DNA from: Podarcis pityusensis
Lineage: Eukaryota
DNA: 64,000 bases
Reading direction: 5' to 3' (one strand)
Assembly: GCA_964106645.2 (NCBI GenBank)
Contig: OZ067048.1
A model generated the notes under the pieces. That model was given only the letters and a program-made list of their open reading frames with translations. It ran no database searches and had not been told where the DNA came from. Below are positions 1 through 12,760 of the stretch, in pieces. The position numbers and the translations under genes were made by a program. Every line of letters starts with the position of its first letter. Position 1 is the stretch's first letter.

Positions 1-94
1 CCAAGTTTGGGGTGCCTGCATTAACACCAGGAGCCTTTAAAACAAGCTTGTTCTACATATAGCCATTTTCCACTACCTTCCCATTCTCATTTAC

Positions 95-185
95 CTGTAG
101 CCCTCCAGATATTAATTGATTTCAATCATCCCTGACCACTGAGAGTTGTAGTCCTATAACATCTGGAGGCCCACAAGTTACCCAT
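95..185. mobile_element. Degraded palindromic hAT-type MITE (same family as 47529-47664)
   Basis: CCCTCCAGAT...CATCCCTGACCACTG...GAGTTGTAGT...ACATCTGGAGG. Confidence 0.65.
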
Positions 186-1050
186 ATCTACAGTTAGCTG
201 AATGGCAAAGCAGAGTCTTCAACTTCCTTCACATTTGGGACCCGCCTTTAACTCCACTAAACCTTTTACCCACAAGGGTGGCCAGATGCCAGAAAATAGG
301 GTTTCTACACCTAATATCTCCATACAGGGCAATATTGGCAGATGCAGTTCACCATACAGGAACAAGACAGTAGTCTTCATTCTATACATCTTTTAGAGAT
401 AAAGTTGCTATTCCTTCTCCCCACCCTTGCTTACTTTCTCCAAAAATATCAAAGAAAGTAGCAACTGTGCTCAGATGCTGCAATCAATTCCTACAGCAGT
501 CATGTGGGGGTTCTTTTTGACAATGCATTAATGTGGTGACCATGTGCAATAACCTTCTAGCACACACAAGGCCTCCACATTCCCTCACACCTTTTTCTCT
601 ATTCCAAAGTCGGAAGGGAATAATCACAACCTTGAGAAATACTTGGAGATGAGGAAGTGAGAAGCGTGTCACGCTCTTTGCTTGTTGAACTATGAACTTT
701 TCCAGGCTGAGATAAGGACCACACCTGCCCATCTCAGCCTTGAAAAGTATAGAGAGAGGAGTGCAAGTGCACAGTGTGCTGCTCCTCCCCACTTTCTTTC
801 TCAGTTCTATGAGCATTGGCTGCTCAGGTGCTTGATTCAGTTCACTTCAAGCAGGAAGAAGGAAAAGCACCTTGTAAAAATACTGAAGACAACAGAAAAA
901 GGTAAGTGGGAGTAGCAGCCAGACCCAATGCAAGGAGGAGGTGGGGAGGAGAGTGAAGCAACCCAAGAGAGAAAAATGAAAGGGTGGATTGTATCTGCAT
1001 TTTCTCAGATTGTGTGCCCCTCTTCAGCCGAATTTCTGCTCTCTATGGCT

Positions 1051-1052
<2 letters not shown>

Positions 1053-1101
<49 letters not shown>
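1053..1101. repeat. (CT)n microsatellite
   Basis: About 24 TC units with one interruption. Confidence 0.95.
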
Positions 1102-1647
1102 GGGTTTGTATCTTGCCAAAGAGAGACTTTGCCTTAAACAAGAATGTTTGGTAACAGCCATGTCTACCATGGCAGTCATTTTATGATGGCACCCAAGGCG
1201 CTTTCTCACAATTCCAAATATGTCCATGGGTCCAAAAACAGTGGCAGCCTCTGTTGTAGACTACCAACCATTCTGCAAAGGTTCCAAACTGTTCTTTCTT
1301 GGCAACAGTTTGCATTGGCACAGGAATTTTCTCAGCCACAAAGCTTTAAACTTTCCCAGCCCTGACATCATTCATCAAAGGCTCACAGCTCCTCTTAGTA
1401 GCAAAGTAAACATCGAGCCAGTCTTCCTCATCCCTTAAAAAAGGAAGGTGTTTGAGAGAGACAGTACTGCTGTGAACCTAATAGTTACTGTCAACTTTTA
1501 CCATCTGTTACAGAAATTGTGGAGGCATTCTACAAAAGAATAAAAATGCAGTTGGACAAATCTTGACGCATGTCCTTTATCTCAGGTCTTCTAGGCAGGT
1601 CATGCGTATAACATTGATAAGATTCTACAGCATTGTCTATATGTTAC

Positions 1648-1702
1648 CTGGCAACAAATTTGGCTCTACTTCCTTTCCTGTGGCTTCCCTCACATATACC
1701 TC
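1648..1702 (-). CDS. MTMR12: MTMR12 coding exon 2 (EVYVREATGKEVEPNLLP-G); gene continues beyond the left edge
   Basis: TTTTCTTCTAG acceptor, 55-nt open exon, G|GTAACA donor; phase 0 start fits exon 1; peptide resembles human EIHTNEKEVTEKEVTLHLLPG as recalled. Confidence 0.9.
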
Positions 1703-3116
1703 CTAGAAGAAAAGACATTGCATTAGTCCAAATCAGAAGTAAAAAGCTCTGTTTCAAATGCTTTCCAACATATATTGCTTTAGGATGGTTCAAAGTACCA
1801 TATTGTTTGGCAAATAAAGTTATACTGTAACTAGAGATTGGCCAAGCAAGCAGCTAGTCCAGCAAAGGGTTCATACACACAAACACAGGAAAGCAACTGT
1901 GTAAGTTGCTATTATAAGATAAGAAAACCATTATTCTCTTGTTGATTGCCACTTAAACTATGCAGGAATTTGAGTTCCTATTTTACCACACAAGTAGCTG
2001 TTTAGTTTTTGTTGGGATATTCTATCTGAAACTGAAACTCTGGCCATCTAATATTAGCTGAAAGACAACTTGAATGTCTGCCCCCATTTGGTTCCAAGGC
2101 TGTAGAATTAAACACAACACACTGTCCTCCTGCCCTTATCCTAAGTTACACAAGCCACTCAAAAAGGAAAACAATTACCACATTGCCAATTCCCAACTCC
2201 TGGTCACACCTGCCATCTACAGAAATGTTGTACATTGAGGGCTCAAATACACTGCTATTCATAATTAACAGTATCTTTATTTTTCTGGTTCCAACAGTAA
2301 AAAATGTGTTAAGTTTATATCAATATATACATGTAACTGTTATTTTAGGAATTGCATCAGCTAGCCATCATTTCCTATTTTCCTAATAGCTTAAAAAAAC
2401 AAACCTAGCGCTTTAATTAGTCTGCCCGTTACTTCTCCAGGTACCTATCTGTGCTTTCTCCTCCACTGGGGGAAAAAACAATCCTTTTACATTAGTTACA
2501 TCATAGACCATATTCTCAGCTGCTGCTTCACCAGTAATAAATAAGCCAGGAGTGCCCAGATCCTGTTCCACAACCTGTTTCAGCTAGGGAGAATATCACA
2601 GTCCATGTTTGTTGCATAAACAAACTAGTGCCAAGATAATAAATTTACCGTTAACACTCAACAGTGTTCTTTACTTCCTAGCAAGTAAGGCAAATGTCAA
2701 GAACATAGCAGCTCCAGTATTTTTTTTTGTAACATAGCTTTTATTCATTTTCATATTTGAACTGTTTGACATGGTTGCATTTTTTAAATGAGTGCTTACG
2801 GCATGCAACGATTACACAATTTTTTTAAAAATACAACACTCACACACAATTTTGTTAATATATTCAGAAATGTTCATCTAAGTATACATATACCAAAATG
2901 TGTAAAGTTGTGACAGATATGAAATGTATAGTAGCGCTTATTGCTTAGATTGCTGACCATAAGTGAATTTATTTTGTATCAACAACAATTAGAAATTATA
3001 GGAAGCGGGAGAAGGGAAAAATTAAAATATGTACTTCATGAATGCCAGGCTGTGCTGCAAACTATGGGCACTATTCTACCATATTATGTGTGGTATTAAT
3101 AAAGTCACATCAGACT

Positions 3117-3245
3117 GCATAAAATTTCACAGAACCTTAGAGTTGGAAGGGACCCTAACCCCCTGCAATGCAAAAATCTCAGCTAAAGCATCCATGACAG
3201 ATGGCCATCCAACCTCCATTTATAACCTGTTTAAAAACCTCCAAA
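3117..3245 (-). mobile_element. CR1 LINE 3'-end fragment
   Basis: AGAGTTGGAAGGGACCC...CCCCTGCAATGC...GATGGCCATCCAACCTC; shared with 16170-16400 and 48955-49245. Confidence 0.7.
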
Positions 3246-6200
3246 GTTTGGCCTCTTGCTACTTTTTAATTTGTTTCAGTTTTTTCAATAATGCCATTTG
3301 CCGAATTGCATTGTAGTATTGGCCCATAGTTGACTGTAATGATTTCCATGTCCTGGCAATAGTTATTCTTGCAACAGTTAATAGATGTGCTATACAAATA
3401 TTATGACTAAATACCGGAAGCTTTCCCTAACTATTGGAATTTATAATCTTTTCGAGAAAGTTTCCTGAAGTTGTTGGGGGGTATGAAAGAAGATTACTTT
3501 CGCTTTTAATAGCGCCAGCAATAAGGACAACTGCATTCCCAATTGCTTCCTTAAAGGAAGCAAATAATCTAATAAATAATCTAAAATTTCAGAGGGTTTT
3601 AAGTTAGTTCAGCTAATATACTGCCTCAGTATTCATTGCTTAGGCAAAAAGAGGGGAAAACACAATGAGCTAAGGCCACTGACTTAATGACCTACTTGCG
3701 CCTCTACCAAAAGTACGGTACTTGGCTGGCTGCTCTATCAGAAACATGATGCATGATAACATTGGTCCAAGCTGGACTCATGTCCTTATTGCTAGTGGCA
3801 ATCCATTATAGTGTGACCCATTTCTAGTATCTTACCTAAAAGTGATGGTAAATATTGATTTTCCACCACCAATTCACCTTGTTTTACTAAGATGAAAACT
3901 ATCTTGATAGTTTTTAAGATACTGGGAAAAAGCCAACATTAACATCAGTCTACTGTTGAACCTAAAACAGTAGGCTGATGTGGAAAATCTTATTTCCTTC
4001 TTGGCCAAATGCAACACTTTTCTACTTCACAGAAAATCTGCAAATTAGCCTGTACTAGGAAATGCCCATACTGGACAAGATAAAAAAAAAGTAGGGAAGG
4101 GCAAAGAACTAGGATGTTACAACCCTTAAATATGATTTCTCATTTACCTTCTAAAATCATGGGGCTATTAGTCAGAATGCTGCCTATACAGCTAATATAT
4201 TTAATATTTCAGAAACTGTTTTCCTGATTATTTTGTTCAATGGTTCTGCAGTATTCAAAGCTTCTTGCCAAATTCCGAGTCTCACACAGACCAAGGACAT
4301 CTGCATCACATGCACTAAGCAGCAAGTTGGCATGATACCAATAAACGTCATTAAATGAACAGATAGCCTCTGGTTGTCTAGCCTCTGAAGATCTAGAACA
4401 CCTTATCTGTCTGGATGAAAAGTGGTGAAGGTTAAATAGCCACTGGAACAGCACTCCCCACCTGAATATTTTGGATGCCAAAGTCTCACTCAAATGTTAA
4501 AGAAATCCTAGCTAAGTAAGCTCTGGGAGCAAAAAGTTGTGTAGGGTCAGCTAGAGTATTATTTGAAGAGCTGTATTATTTGAAGAGCTGAAGAGTTTGA
4601 AGAGCTGTAGCTGTACCAGAAAGGTATAGCTAGAAGTTTACTAGTGTCAATTTACGCATGTCATGGTAAAGCATATACTGTATATAAGCTAGTAAGATTA
4701 GAGGCAAGGACTTGAGTAATATAACTGAACAGCCTAAGCTCAAGAACGGGGACAAAGCATGAAAATTAAACACGTGACTTGAAAACACTTAAATCTTAAC
4801 ATTCTTGATCCCTGAACTAAAAGGTACATTGGTAAAAGCTTCAAAAAAAACAACAGGATGCAGGTTGTTAAGACTGAAATGGTTTAGAGGTGGACAGTTG
4901 AAACAATAAATTGCACATTATTGAGATGTGCAGCTGCATAAAGAGCAAGTGTGCAGTCTCTAGATGTTCATAAGTCTGCTTTGCACATTGTGGAGTTATT
5001 CATCCCAATAGTCAGGAGCTGATTCAAAAACAGCCAAGGCAACAAAAAGACAAGAACTTTGAATGCATATTCTATCAGGCAACAGAGTATTTGATCAGAT
5101 AACTGTAATCCATTTTTGGAAGTGCATAAATTATTTAAATATATAAATACACATCTGGATTCAAAGTTCCCTTTTCTGAAAACAGCTGCTATTCCGAGTG
5201 CATTTAACAAGTGGCTAGCAAATCCAATTTACACATCATCTTGGCTGTACCAAACAGACTACAAGTAGGGGCAGAAAGAAATGTATTGCAGATTTAAAGG
5301 TTCACCATTTACCAATCCTTAGAAAAATATACTGCAGGGTTGTTTTAATCCACTCAGACTCAGCTGCAATATTAACTATATAGTGCAGGGCTGTTGTAAA
5401 GCACTCTCTCCTATCCAAAGCTTCTTCAAACCAGTAATATAAAAATCTTTACATGCTTTGAAATTTTCAGTAGTAGGATTCTATTTTAAAGGGTTTCATT
5501 CTAATTAAGAAGAAAGTGAGAAGGAACAGAGCTCTTTGTGGCTACCTCTTGCAGAGTTATTTTGGTTGGGGTGGACTCATTGATAACAAATCCCAAAGCT
5601 ACTTTAAAATCTTGGATTTCTCCATTATTTTTATGGGCAGCTCTCACCTCTGCCCCTGGAAACATTTTAAAATAGCTTCAGTATGAAGCAGGAAGTGGCC
5701 TATGAAGTCCGATTTTTTCTTTATACTTCATAGCTAGAGTCTCTTCCTTCTTTTCCATGCACTAACTTCCACCCCACTCCAACCTGGCTTTCTATGATTA
5801 ATTCCCTGGGTGGAGGTGCTACTGCTTTGTCTACATAAATATAGACATTCTCCTTGGAGATCATAAATAGAATACAAGATAAGCCATGACAGGCAGTACA
5901 TGCTGGAGTCAATTTTGTCCAGCATCATCAGCTTCTCTTTACCTGGCAAGAAGGATCTAGCTGGTTTTTAAAACATTTTGGTACTCTGCAAACACCAACA
6001 CCCAGAGAGAGAGAGAGAGAGAGAAAAAAAAAATCCTTGACATAATCCAAACTGCAAAGCAGCAGGAAATCAGCCAAATATAGATGCAGCAAAGACTAAA
6101 CTTTGCATAGCAGTGAACTGTTTATTGTGGGAAAATTGAGTGTTTACAATTAATAGTATCTACTCCAGGGGATGTGAAATTCCCTACACTTAGTTTAGCT

Positions 6201-6468
6201 TTCACAGATGAAATGACACTACTTCAGAAGTAGCTGAGATTCAAGACACAACAGTAAGTTCAAAAACACTGTACTTTTATCATAAGCTTACCTGGTCTTT
6301 CTGCAACTAGAATTACAAAACACCAGAAATGCAAAACTGATGAAACATATCCTTTCACCCACAATTTAACTTGGGTAATGCCAACCAGGTGTTTAGCTAA
6401 TAATGGAAACTATCTTGAATATGTAACCCTGGCTATCAGTAATCCCTGGTAATGTCATTGGTTTTGAC

Positions 6469-6880
6469 CAGGGGTGGGCAACCTAAGGTCTGTGGGCCAG
6501 ATGTGGCCCAATTGCCTTCTCAATCTGGCCTGTTGACGGTCTGGGAATCAGTGTGTTTTTACATGAATAGAATGTGTCCTTTTATTTAAAATGCAGCTCT
6601 GGGTTATTTGTGGGGCCTGCCTGGTGTTTTTACATGAGTAGAATGTGTGCTTTTATTTAAAATGCATCTCTGGGTTATTTGTGGGGCCTGCCTGGTGTTT
6701 TTACATGAGTAGAATGTGTGCTTTTATTTAAAATGCATCTCTGGGTTATTTGTGGGGCATGCCTGGTGTTTTTACATGAGTAGAATGTGTGCTTTTATTT
6801 AAAATGCATCTCTGGGTTATTTGTGGGGCATAGGAATTCATTCATTTCCCCCCAAAAAATATAGTCCAGCCCACCACATG
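6469..6880. mobile_element. Truncated hAT (Charlie-like) non-autonomous element with an internal 71-bp tandem repeat
   Basis: CAGGGGTGGGCAACCT terminus; four 71-bp units at about 6552-6829. Confidence 0.75.
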
Positions 6881-9800
6881 GTGGTACCACTGTATTTGGC
6901 TTAGAACAAGGAACCCTGGGTTGAGTAGTCTGCTCAACCATGAAGCTCACTGGGTGACCTTGGGCTAGGATTGCTCTCTAAGCCTAAAAAATGCTATCAA
7001 TGTTGTACAGAAAATAAAATGAGAGCAGGAGAAACCATATGTGCCTTCATGGAAGTAGTATATAATCTTAAAATGTACCCAAGGCCAATGGAGTTGCCAT
7101 ATGGCTTGCAATGCTTCACAGTTAACTCCATTAGAAACTAACACAAAATGTGTCCTGACAAGAGTTGTCTGACAACATACTTATCCCAGGGATTTTCCCC
7201 AAGCACCACTTTGCTCCCATTTAATGAATGCAACTTAACCTTGAAATTCTCCCCGCAGTACATACAAAACTGAAAATAGAAGTTTCCCCCCAGGATAACT
7301 TTGAGCTCATCTGAAGCTTAGGATACTTTTGTGCAAGTTATCTCTGAAGGACCTGACCCCCCCCCCCCAAAAAAAGACAATATACTAGATACTAGGAAAC
7401 TTTATCCGAATTTGTTTCCTATTTAGTGTTTGTTCCAGTATAAATTAACATGGAGATAACTAAACCAACAAACCCAAACACCAAATTTTAGTAGTGCCGC
7501 ACAGTAATTGTATTTTTATAACAATTATTTGGGATAGTCAAATCATTTTTAATGTCCTTCAGTTTACGCCAAAGCAGAATGAAACTATAAACAAGTAAAA
7601 CCAGTATGGAACTGGCCGGAAGGGCAAGTTCAAGTATCTGCTTTCATTACTTTGGCAAGTAAAAGCATTGTTTCTGCTTTCTTCCCCCGTCAAATTGGAA
7701 GCATGGCACCATTTCTTTTAAAAGTAGCTTCTTACAACATCTTCCATAACTCTAAACTCTGCAATTTTCAATGTATTCTGGCAAGAAACAAGGGATATTT
7801 TCCTGACCATTATTCAGCTTCACCACACTAGGTACACAACAGCACCATATGGAACTTTACATACCGGTACCTGTCACAAGTCATTCATTAGCTGTTAAAT
7901 TTGGAATACAAGATTAACTGGCACCTGCTTAATGTGGGATATTATCAGCCAAACCTAACTAATACCACAGAGCTGTAGGCAAATACTCAGACCATAGAAA
8001 TACAATGGTAAACAGGGCTCTGTGGAAAAGGGGCATTTCCTCTTTCTTCTCTCTATCCCTTTGACCAGCATTGGATGCAGTCATGCCTCAGCTTTAGGTA
8101 TACGCCTGAGGCTGGTTATACTGTAAATATAAGCATTTTGCCTGCCTAGCTTTTACTGTTGCCTTTGCATGATTATAAATCTTATTCTTACACTTACTTT
8201 ACAAGTTGTTGTCTGATTCTTTTTTAAGTGGGGTAATAAAGGGAAAACCAGCTTCATGGCTAGACTTGCTCTAAACAAGGTTTTACAGCCCAATACCCAA
8301 ATGCTTCAATTTTGCTGCTAAGGATGGGACTTTTAAAACTCTTCATCCCATACACATGGGGGCCTGGAGGGATAAACTGCAATTAATATATCCTCTCCTA
8401 CCTATTAAAACCCACCTCACGCTTAACACTCTCTCAATGCAAATATTTTCCTATGCACAGTCAAACCAGTTGGCTCACTGCCTGTCTAATCAGGAAGCAG
8501 CAATATGCACAAAATTCCAATTCTCCCTTCACAAAGGTAATCTAGAAGATGCACAAGTCACAGGCTTGCAGTTACCCACACATTACTGTACACCTAAATT
8601 TATATCATGAGCCTTTGAGCAAAAATACATACAGCCTCTGTCTGAGAAGAGATGGAAAATCCTACAGTGCACTTACATCAGCAGTTATTATCTGAAACCA
8701 TCTATTCCCCTATTACTCTTTGATTCCATATGTAGTTAATAGTTTGCTGCAGAATATGTATGAACAGGAGATGTCGGGGTTGTGAAGCAGCGCCTCTTCC
8801 ATCACAGCATTCCAACAACACAAATTGCCCTCCAATACCCTGCCAAAGACAACCTTCTCTCCTCAATTGACTAAACTCCCTCAGCACACCTGTCTACCTA
8901 ATGATAAGCTCCTCTGGCATTTAAAAGAAAGCAGGAAATGCCATATTTCAACACTCCACTCTCACACCATTCTTCATTGGCTCTGTCATACACTTCCAAA
9001 TATCAGCTTTTGGGGGTAGTGGGCACATTTGGGAACCTGAAAAATCCTCAAGGACATTGCAACAACAGGAAGAACATCTTCCTTCAAGAATGTGGGCGGG
9101 ACTGGGACTTATTTTGAATTTTAAAGCCTAATAGCAGCAGGGGAAGAGCACTGTAGCCAACAGATGGCTTTTTTTTCAAGCCAAGTTGTAGCATAGGTGA
9201 CATTTTTGGCAGGAGGAGCACAGCTGGTCAAGGCGTTAGCTTATTTTCTTCACACCTCCCTACCCCACAAAAAGCCCCCTTTGCCACAATTAGGCTTGAA
9301 AAAATGCCTACAAAGCTTCTTTCAAGCCTAATTGCAACCAAGCAATTCTGAGAGGGAGTCCACAGAATTACACCTGCCTTACACCTAGTGATGTGAGGTG
9401 AGAATATTCAGAAATCCTATCCCAACCACACCTACTTAGCACCACCCATCTCTGACCAAGCTACTGTATAAAAGGGGAGGGGGGAAGAGAAAAATTTAAT
9501 TGGGTTTTTTGTCCCACATGCAATCATACTTTAGTACAATCAAGAATGCAGTTTTGCAGATAGATTTGATTTGTAATGGCAGAGGTCACCACAGGCAGAG
9601 AGCAGGTTTAACTCCCATCAGAGGTGCACACCTTTTCTATATATTCCCCTTATAGTAATTAATGGCTGCTATTCACTCTTATGGGAAATAGAAAATTGCT
9701 ATTTTTACAATGATGGCAAAGTCTGGCTGACTTCCTCTTGACAGTGGAAATATAAAGCACACTGAGTGCTTTGCACTATAGGCTTCCTTCCCCACCTACT

Positions 9801-10887
9801 TTTGTCACAGCAACAGGTGCTTTACTGTAACTACAAATCAATATACTACACGCATATAGAAGAGGTCCTTTCCTCACAATGCTACTTTAGCCTGCACCCA
9901 ACTCAGATTTAAGGAGCTTGGAGGGAGCAAAGCAGGAAGCATCCCTTAAGGAACAAAATGCAAGACTATCCCATGCAGGATTGAGTCATATCACTTCACA
10001 AAAGTTAAACTGGTCTGACATACCTTGGCAGCATTCAGAAAATGCAAACTTATAATTGACCTTATTTCATCCCAAGTATATAAAGGCTGACATTTTAAAA
10101 TGAAGAATTACAGGGAGAAACTAGCCTCTCTATCAACAAAGCAATATTTGGACAGTAAGGCTACAACCCTTTAAGCAGCCTTACCTGGAAGTAGGTCCCA
10201 GTGAGCTCAGTGGAGCTTGATACTGAGTAAACACATAGCTAGGGAGGGCCTTACTTCGACCACAGTAGGAAAGCTGGTATCAAGCTAATGGTTAAATATG
10301 AAGCTTCAACAGGGGCACTTCACCAAGCAAATGTATTTTTTAAAACCCATTATTCAACGACACTTATTTTTGTTGAAAACACACCAACATGAGGACAGAT
10401 ATGACCAGCTACCATCAAGATGTAAATAATTTCATGGTTTCAATGTTTTTTGTTTTGTGCAGTTAAAAAAAAAATCAAAACCCCCAGTAATTTAACATTA
10501 TCAAAAACTAAATTTATCCTTATTGTCTTCCCCTGTTTTCTCCTCCTCCCACTGCTGTTACCTTCTCCCCCCCCCCTTCCCATCAAGTAAGCTTTTAAGC
10601 TCCCGCGGCAGGGACTTTCACTGTACGAAGCACCACACACACGCTGACGCCAGACAAGCAAATTCTCCTCCTTGCACACTTGGTGACTGCCCCCCCTCCC
10701 CTCAAAGCAAAACAGTGCAGGGGGGGTGTGAGAAAGTGAAAGCGCACCACTGACCGAACTTCACAGCAGGCACACTAACCTACAAACAGGAAAAAGCAAT
10801 ATATTGTTATCCTAAAAAGCAAAAGTCTTGCGGCGTCACGAACACAAGGTTTATTATTATGGTTACACTTCTGCGGAAGCCACGTCC

Positions 10888-11015
10888 TGCTGATAACGCC
10901 AAGGTTGCAGGTTCAATCCCCAAATGGGCCACGTGCCTACTCCTGCATTGCAGGGGGTTGGACTAGATGACCCGGGGGGAGGGGAACCCTTCCAACGCTA
11001 TACAGTAGTTCTACG
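10888..11015 (+). mobile_element. tRNA-Ile-derived SINE with CR1-type tail (5'-truncated)
   Basis: TGCTGATAACGCCAAGGTTGCAGGTTCAATCCCC (anticodon and T arm, B box), then CCTGCATTGCAGGGGGTTGGACTAGATGA...CCCTTCCAAC. Confidence 0.8.
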
Positions 11016-11158
11016 GCTAGTTTTTTTTTTAAAAAAAAGCTTCACTTGTGAGGGGCACATACTCCCCAAATAAAGCAGGGACCACCGACCCAACTTCGCA
11101 GCACCTGAAGAAAGCAACTCTTCTAAGAGACCTGAAAATTAATCTGTCATGGGTTTTG

Positions 11159-11368
11159 AGACCCAAGACTGAGAAACAAACGCCAGTCTAAGCTTTTGTG
11201 GAATAAATAAGGAGGTCTATTAAAAATAGTAATAACGGAAGATAAGCATTTAAAAAATATTAATAGTGTTATTAAAAGTGCACTTTGTCAGGGTGTGTGT
11301 GTGTGTGTGTGTGTGTAGGGGGCGAGGTGGGCCGGCGTGGGAATGGGGTCCTCCAGGGCTATTTACAA

Positions 11369-11434
<66 letters not shown>

Positions 11435-11647
11435 CTTGAGAGTGTCCTCTCCTGACAAAGTGCACTTTTAATAACACTATTAATACTTTTTCAATGCTTA
11501 TTTTCCGTTATTATTATTTTTAATAGACCTCCTTATTTATTCCACAAAAGCTTAGACCAGCGTTTGTTTCTCAATCTCGGGTCTTATATCTATATATGTA
11601 AATAGCCCTGGAGAACCCCATTCCCACGCCGGCCCACCTCGCCCCCT
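11159..11647. repeat. Two interleaved inverted repeats (A 11159-11292 / A' 11451-11584; B 11317-11373 / B' 11591-11647) enclosing (GT)n, (TA)n and (CA)n
   Basis: Manual reverse-complement alignment: A/A' 126/134 identical; B/B' about 55/57. Confidence 0.93.
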
Positions 11648-12330
11648 TCTCCCCACTCCCTCCCCGTCCCCCGCGCGCCGCCAGCCAGCCCCACCCGCGA
11701 GCGCGCGCGCGCCTCCCTCCCTCTCAGACCAACCGCCTCGCCTGGTCCCCTCAGTCGCCGACCTACCTCCGGGCTGATGTAGGAGACGAAGGAGGGCTTG
11801 GCCGGCCTGGCCCCCGCGCCGCCCCCCGCGCCCAGCATGTCTGGCCCCCGCGAAGTCCCGGCGGCGGCGGCGGCGGCGGCGCTGCCAGGGCTCCGGCCGG
11901 TGCCGGCGGGCGAGGGCGGCGTCGGCAGCTCCTCCCAGGAGGACTCCGCGGCGTCGGCGTCGTCCTCCAGCGCCGCCCTGCTTCGCCTCACGTAGTTAAT
12001 CCCTCCCATCGCAGCGAGCGGCAAGAGCCCACAGTCCCGGCGGCGACGCACGTGAGCTTTTCCCCCCGCCCTATTAATGCACGAGCTCCGCCCAGCCATC
12101 CGCACCGCCATTGGGCCGGCAGGAGGTCGATCTCAGGCAGAGGTCCCGCCTATCTGCCACGCCCTTTCTCGCTCGCTTTGCAGGGAATGGTCGTTCCCGT
12201 AAAAAAAGGGGTGGGGAAAAGTGTCGTGGGACGAATCACAACATTTATTAGATAAATGATTTATTAAAAAAAAAAAAAAAATCCGAGGGCTGAACGACAG
12301 ATACGTTACCCAATCAGCAAATGACTCACG
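11600..12330 (-). promoter_or_regulatory. CpG island / promoter and 5'UTR of MTMR12
   Basis: Dense CpG and GC content, GC-box-like CCCCGCCC, CACGTG E-box at about 12049, (GGC)n run in the 5'UTR. Confidence 0.8.
11767..11838 (-). CDS. MTMR12: MTMR12 (myotubularin-related protein 12) coding exon 1, MLGAGGGAGARPAKPSFVSYISPE
   Basis: ATG at 11838, KPSFVSY motif of the MTMR10/11/12 N-terminus, GAG|GTAGGT donor, inside a CpG island; synteny with ZFR and SUB1. Confidence 0.93.
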
Positions 12331-12562
12331 GAACGGCTTAAAAGGAGAGGTGATTTCCTTGTCCCCTCCCCTCCCCGCCGCCTGGAACTCTGAGCTGTAT
12401 TAACTGTAGTGCCGCCGCACCCGCATCTAGTTTCTCATAATGCAAATTTAGGTTGCACGGTTTGTAAAGTTGTGTGCGACTATAAAATTTCCAGGAACCC
12501 AAAAACAAAATCAGATGCAACGTGTTTGTTTTAAGTTGTTATGGGAAATGTTAGGATCCTTC

Positions 12563-12760
12563 TGCCTTGGTCAGACCACACTGGAGTGCTGTGACCAGTT
12601 CTGGGCGCTACAAATGGTGAAGGATATTGACAAGGTGGAACGTGTGCAGAGGAAGGCAGCCAAAATGATCGAGGGTCTGGAAGCCAAGCCTTAGGAGGAA
12701 TGTTTGAAGGAGCTGGGCATGTTTAGCTTAGAAAAGAGGAGACTGAGAGGAGATGGAAGA
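12563..12760 (+). mobile_element. CR1 LINE ORF2 C-terminal fragment
   Basis: Translation LECCDQFWA...KDIDKVERVQRKAAKMIEGLE; GAGCTGGGCATGTTTAGCTTAGAAAAGAGGAGACTGAG. Confidence 0.85.

Noticed and set aside
780-910. Plus-strand AAG|GTAAGT donor at 902 suggesting an antisense exon
   Set aside because: A single consensus donor is expected by chance in 64 kb; no promoter or partner exon was seen
4557-4612. Short TTTGAAGAGCTG triplication (also a 15-bp duplication at 26478-26507)
   Set aside because: Ordinary slippage duplications with no further structure
7870-8290. Possible second solo LTR
   Set aside because: LTR-like composition, but no convincing TG..CA ends with a matching TSD
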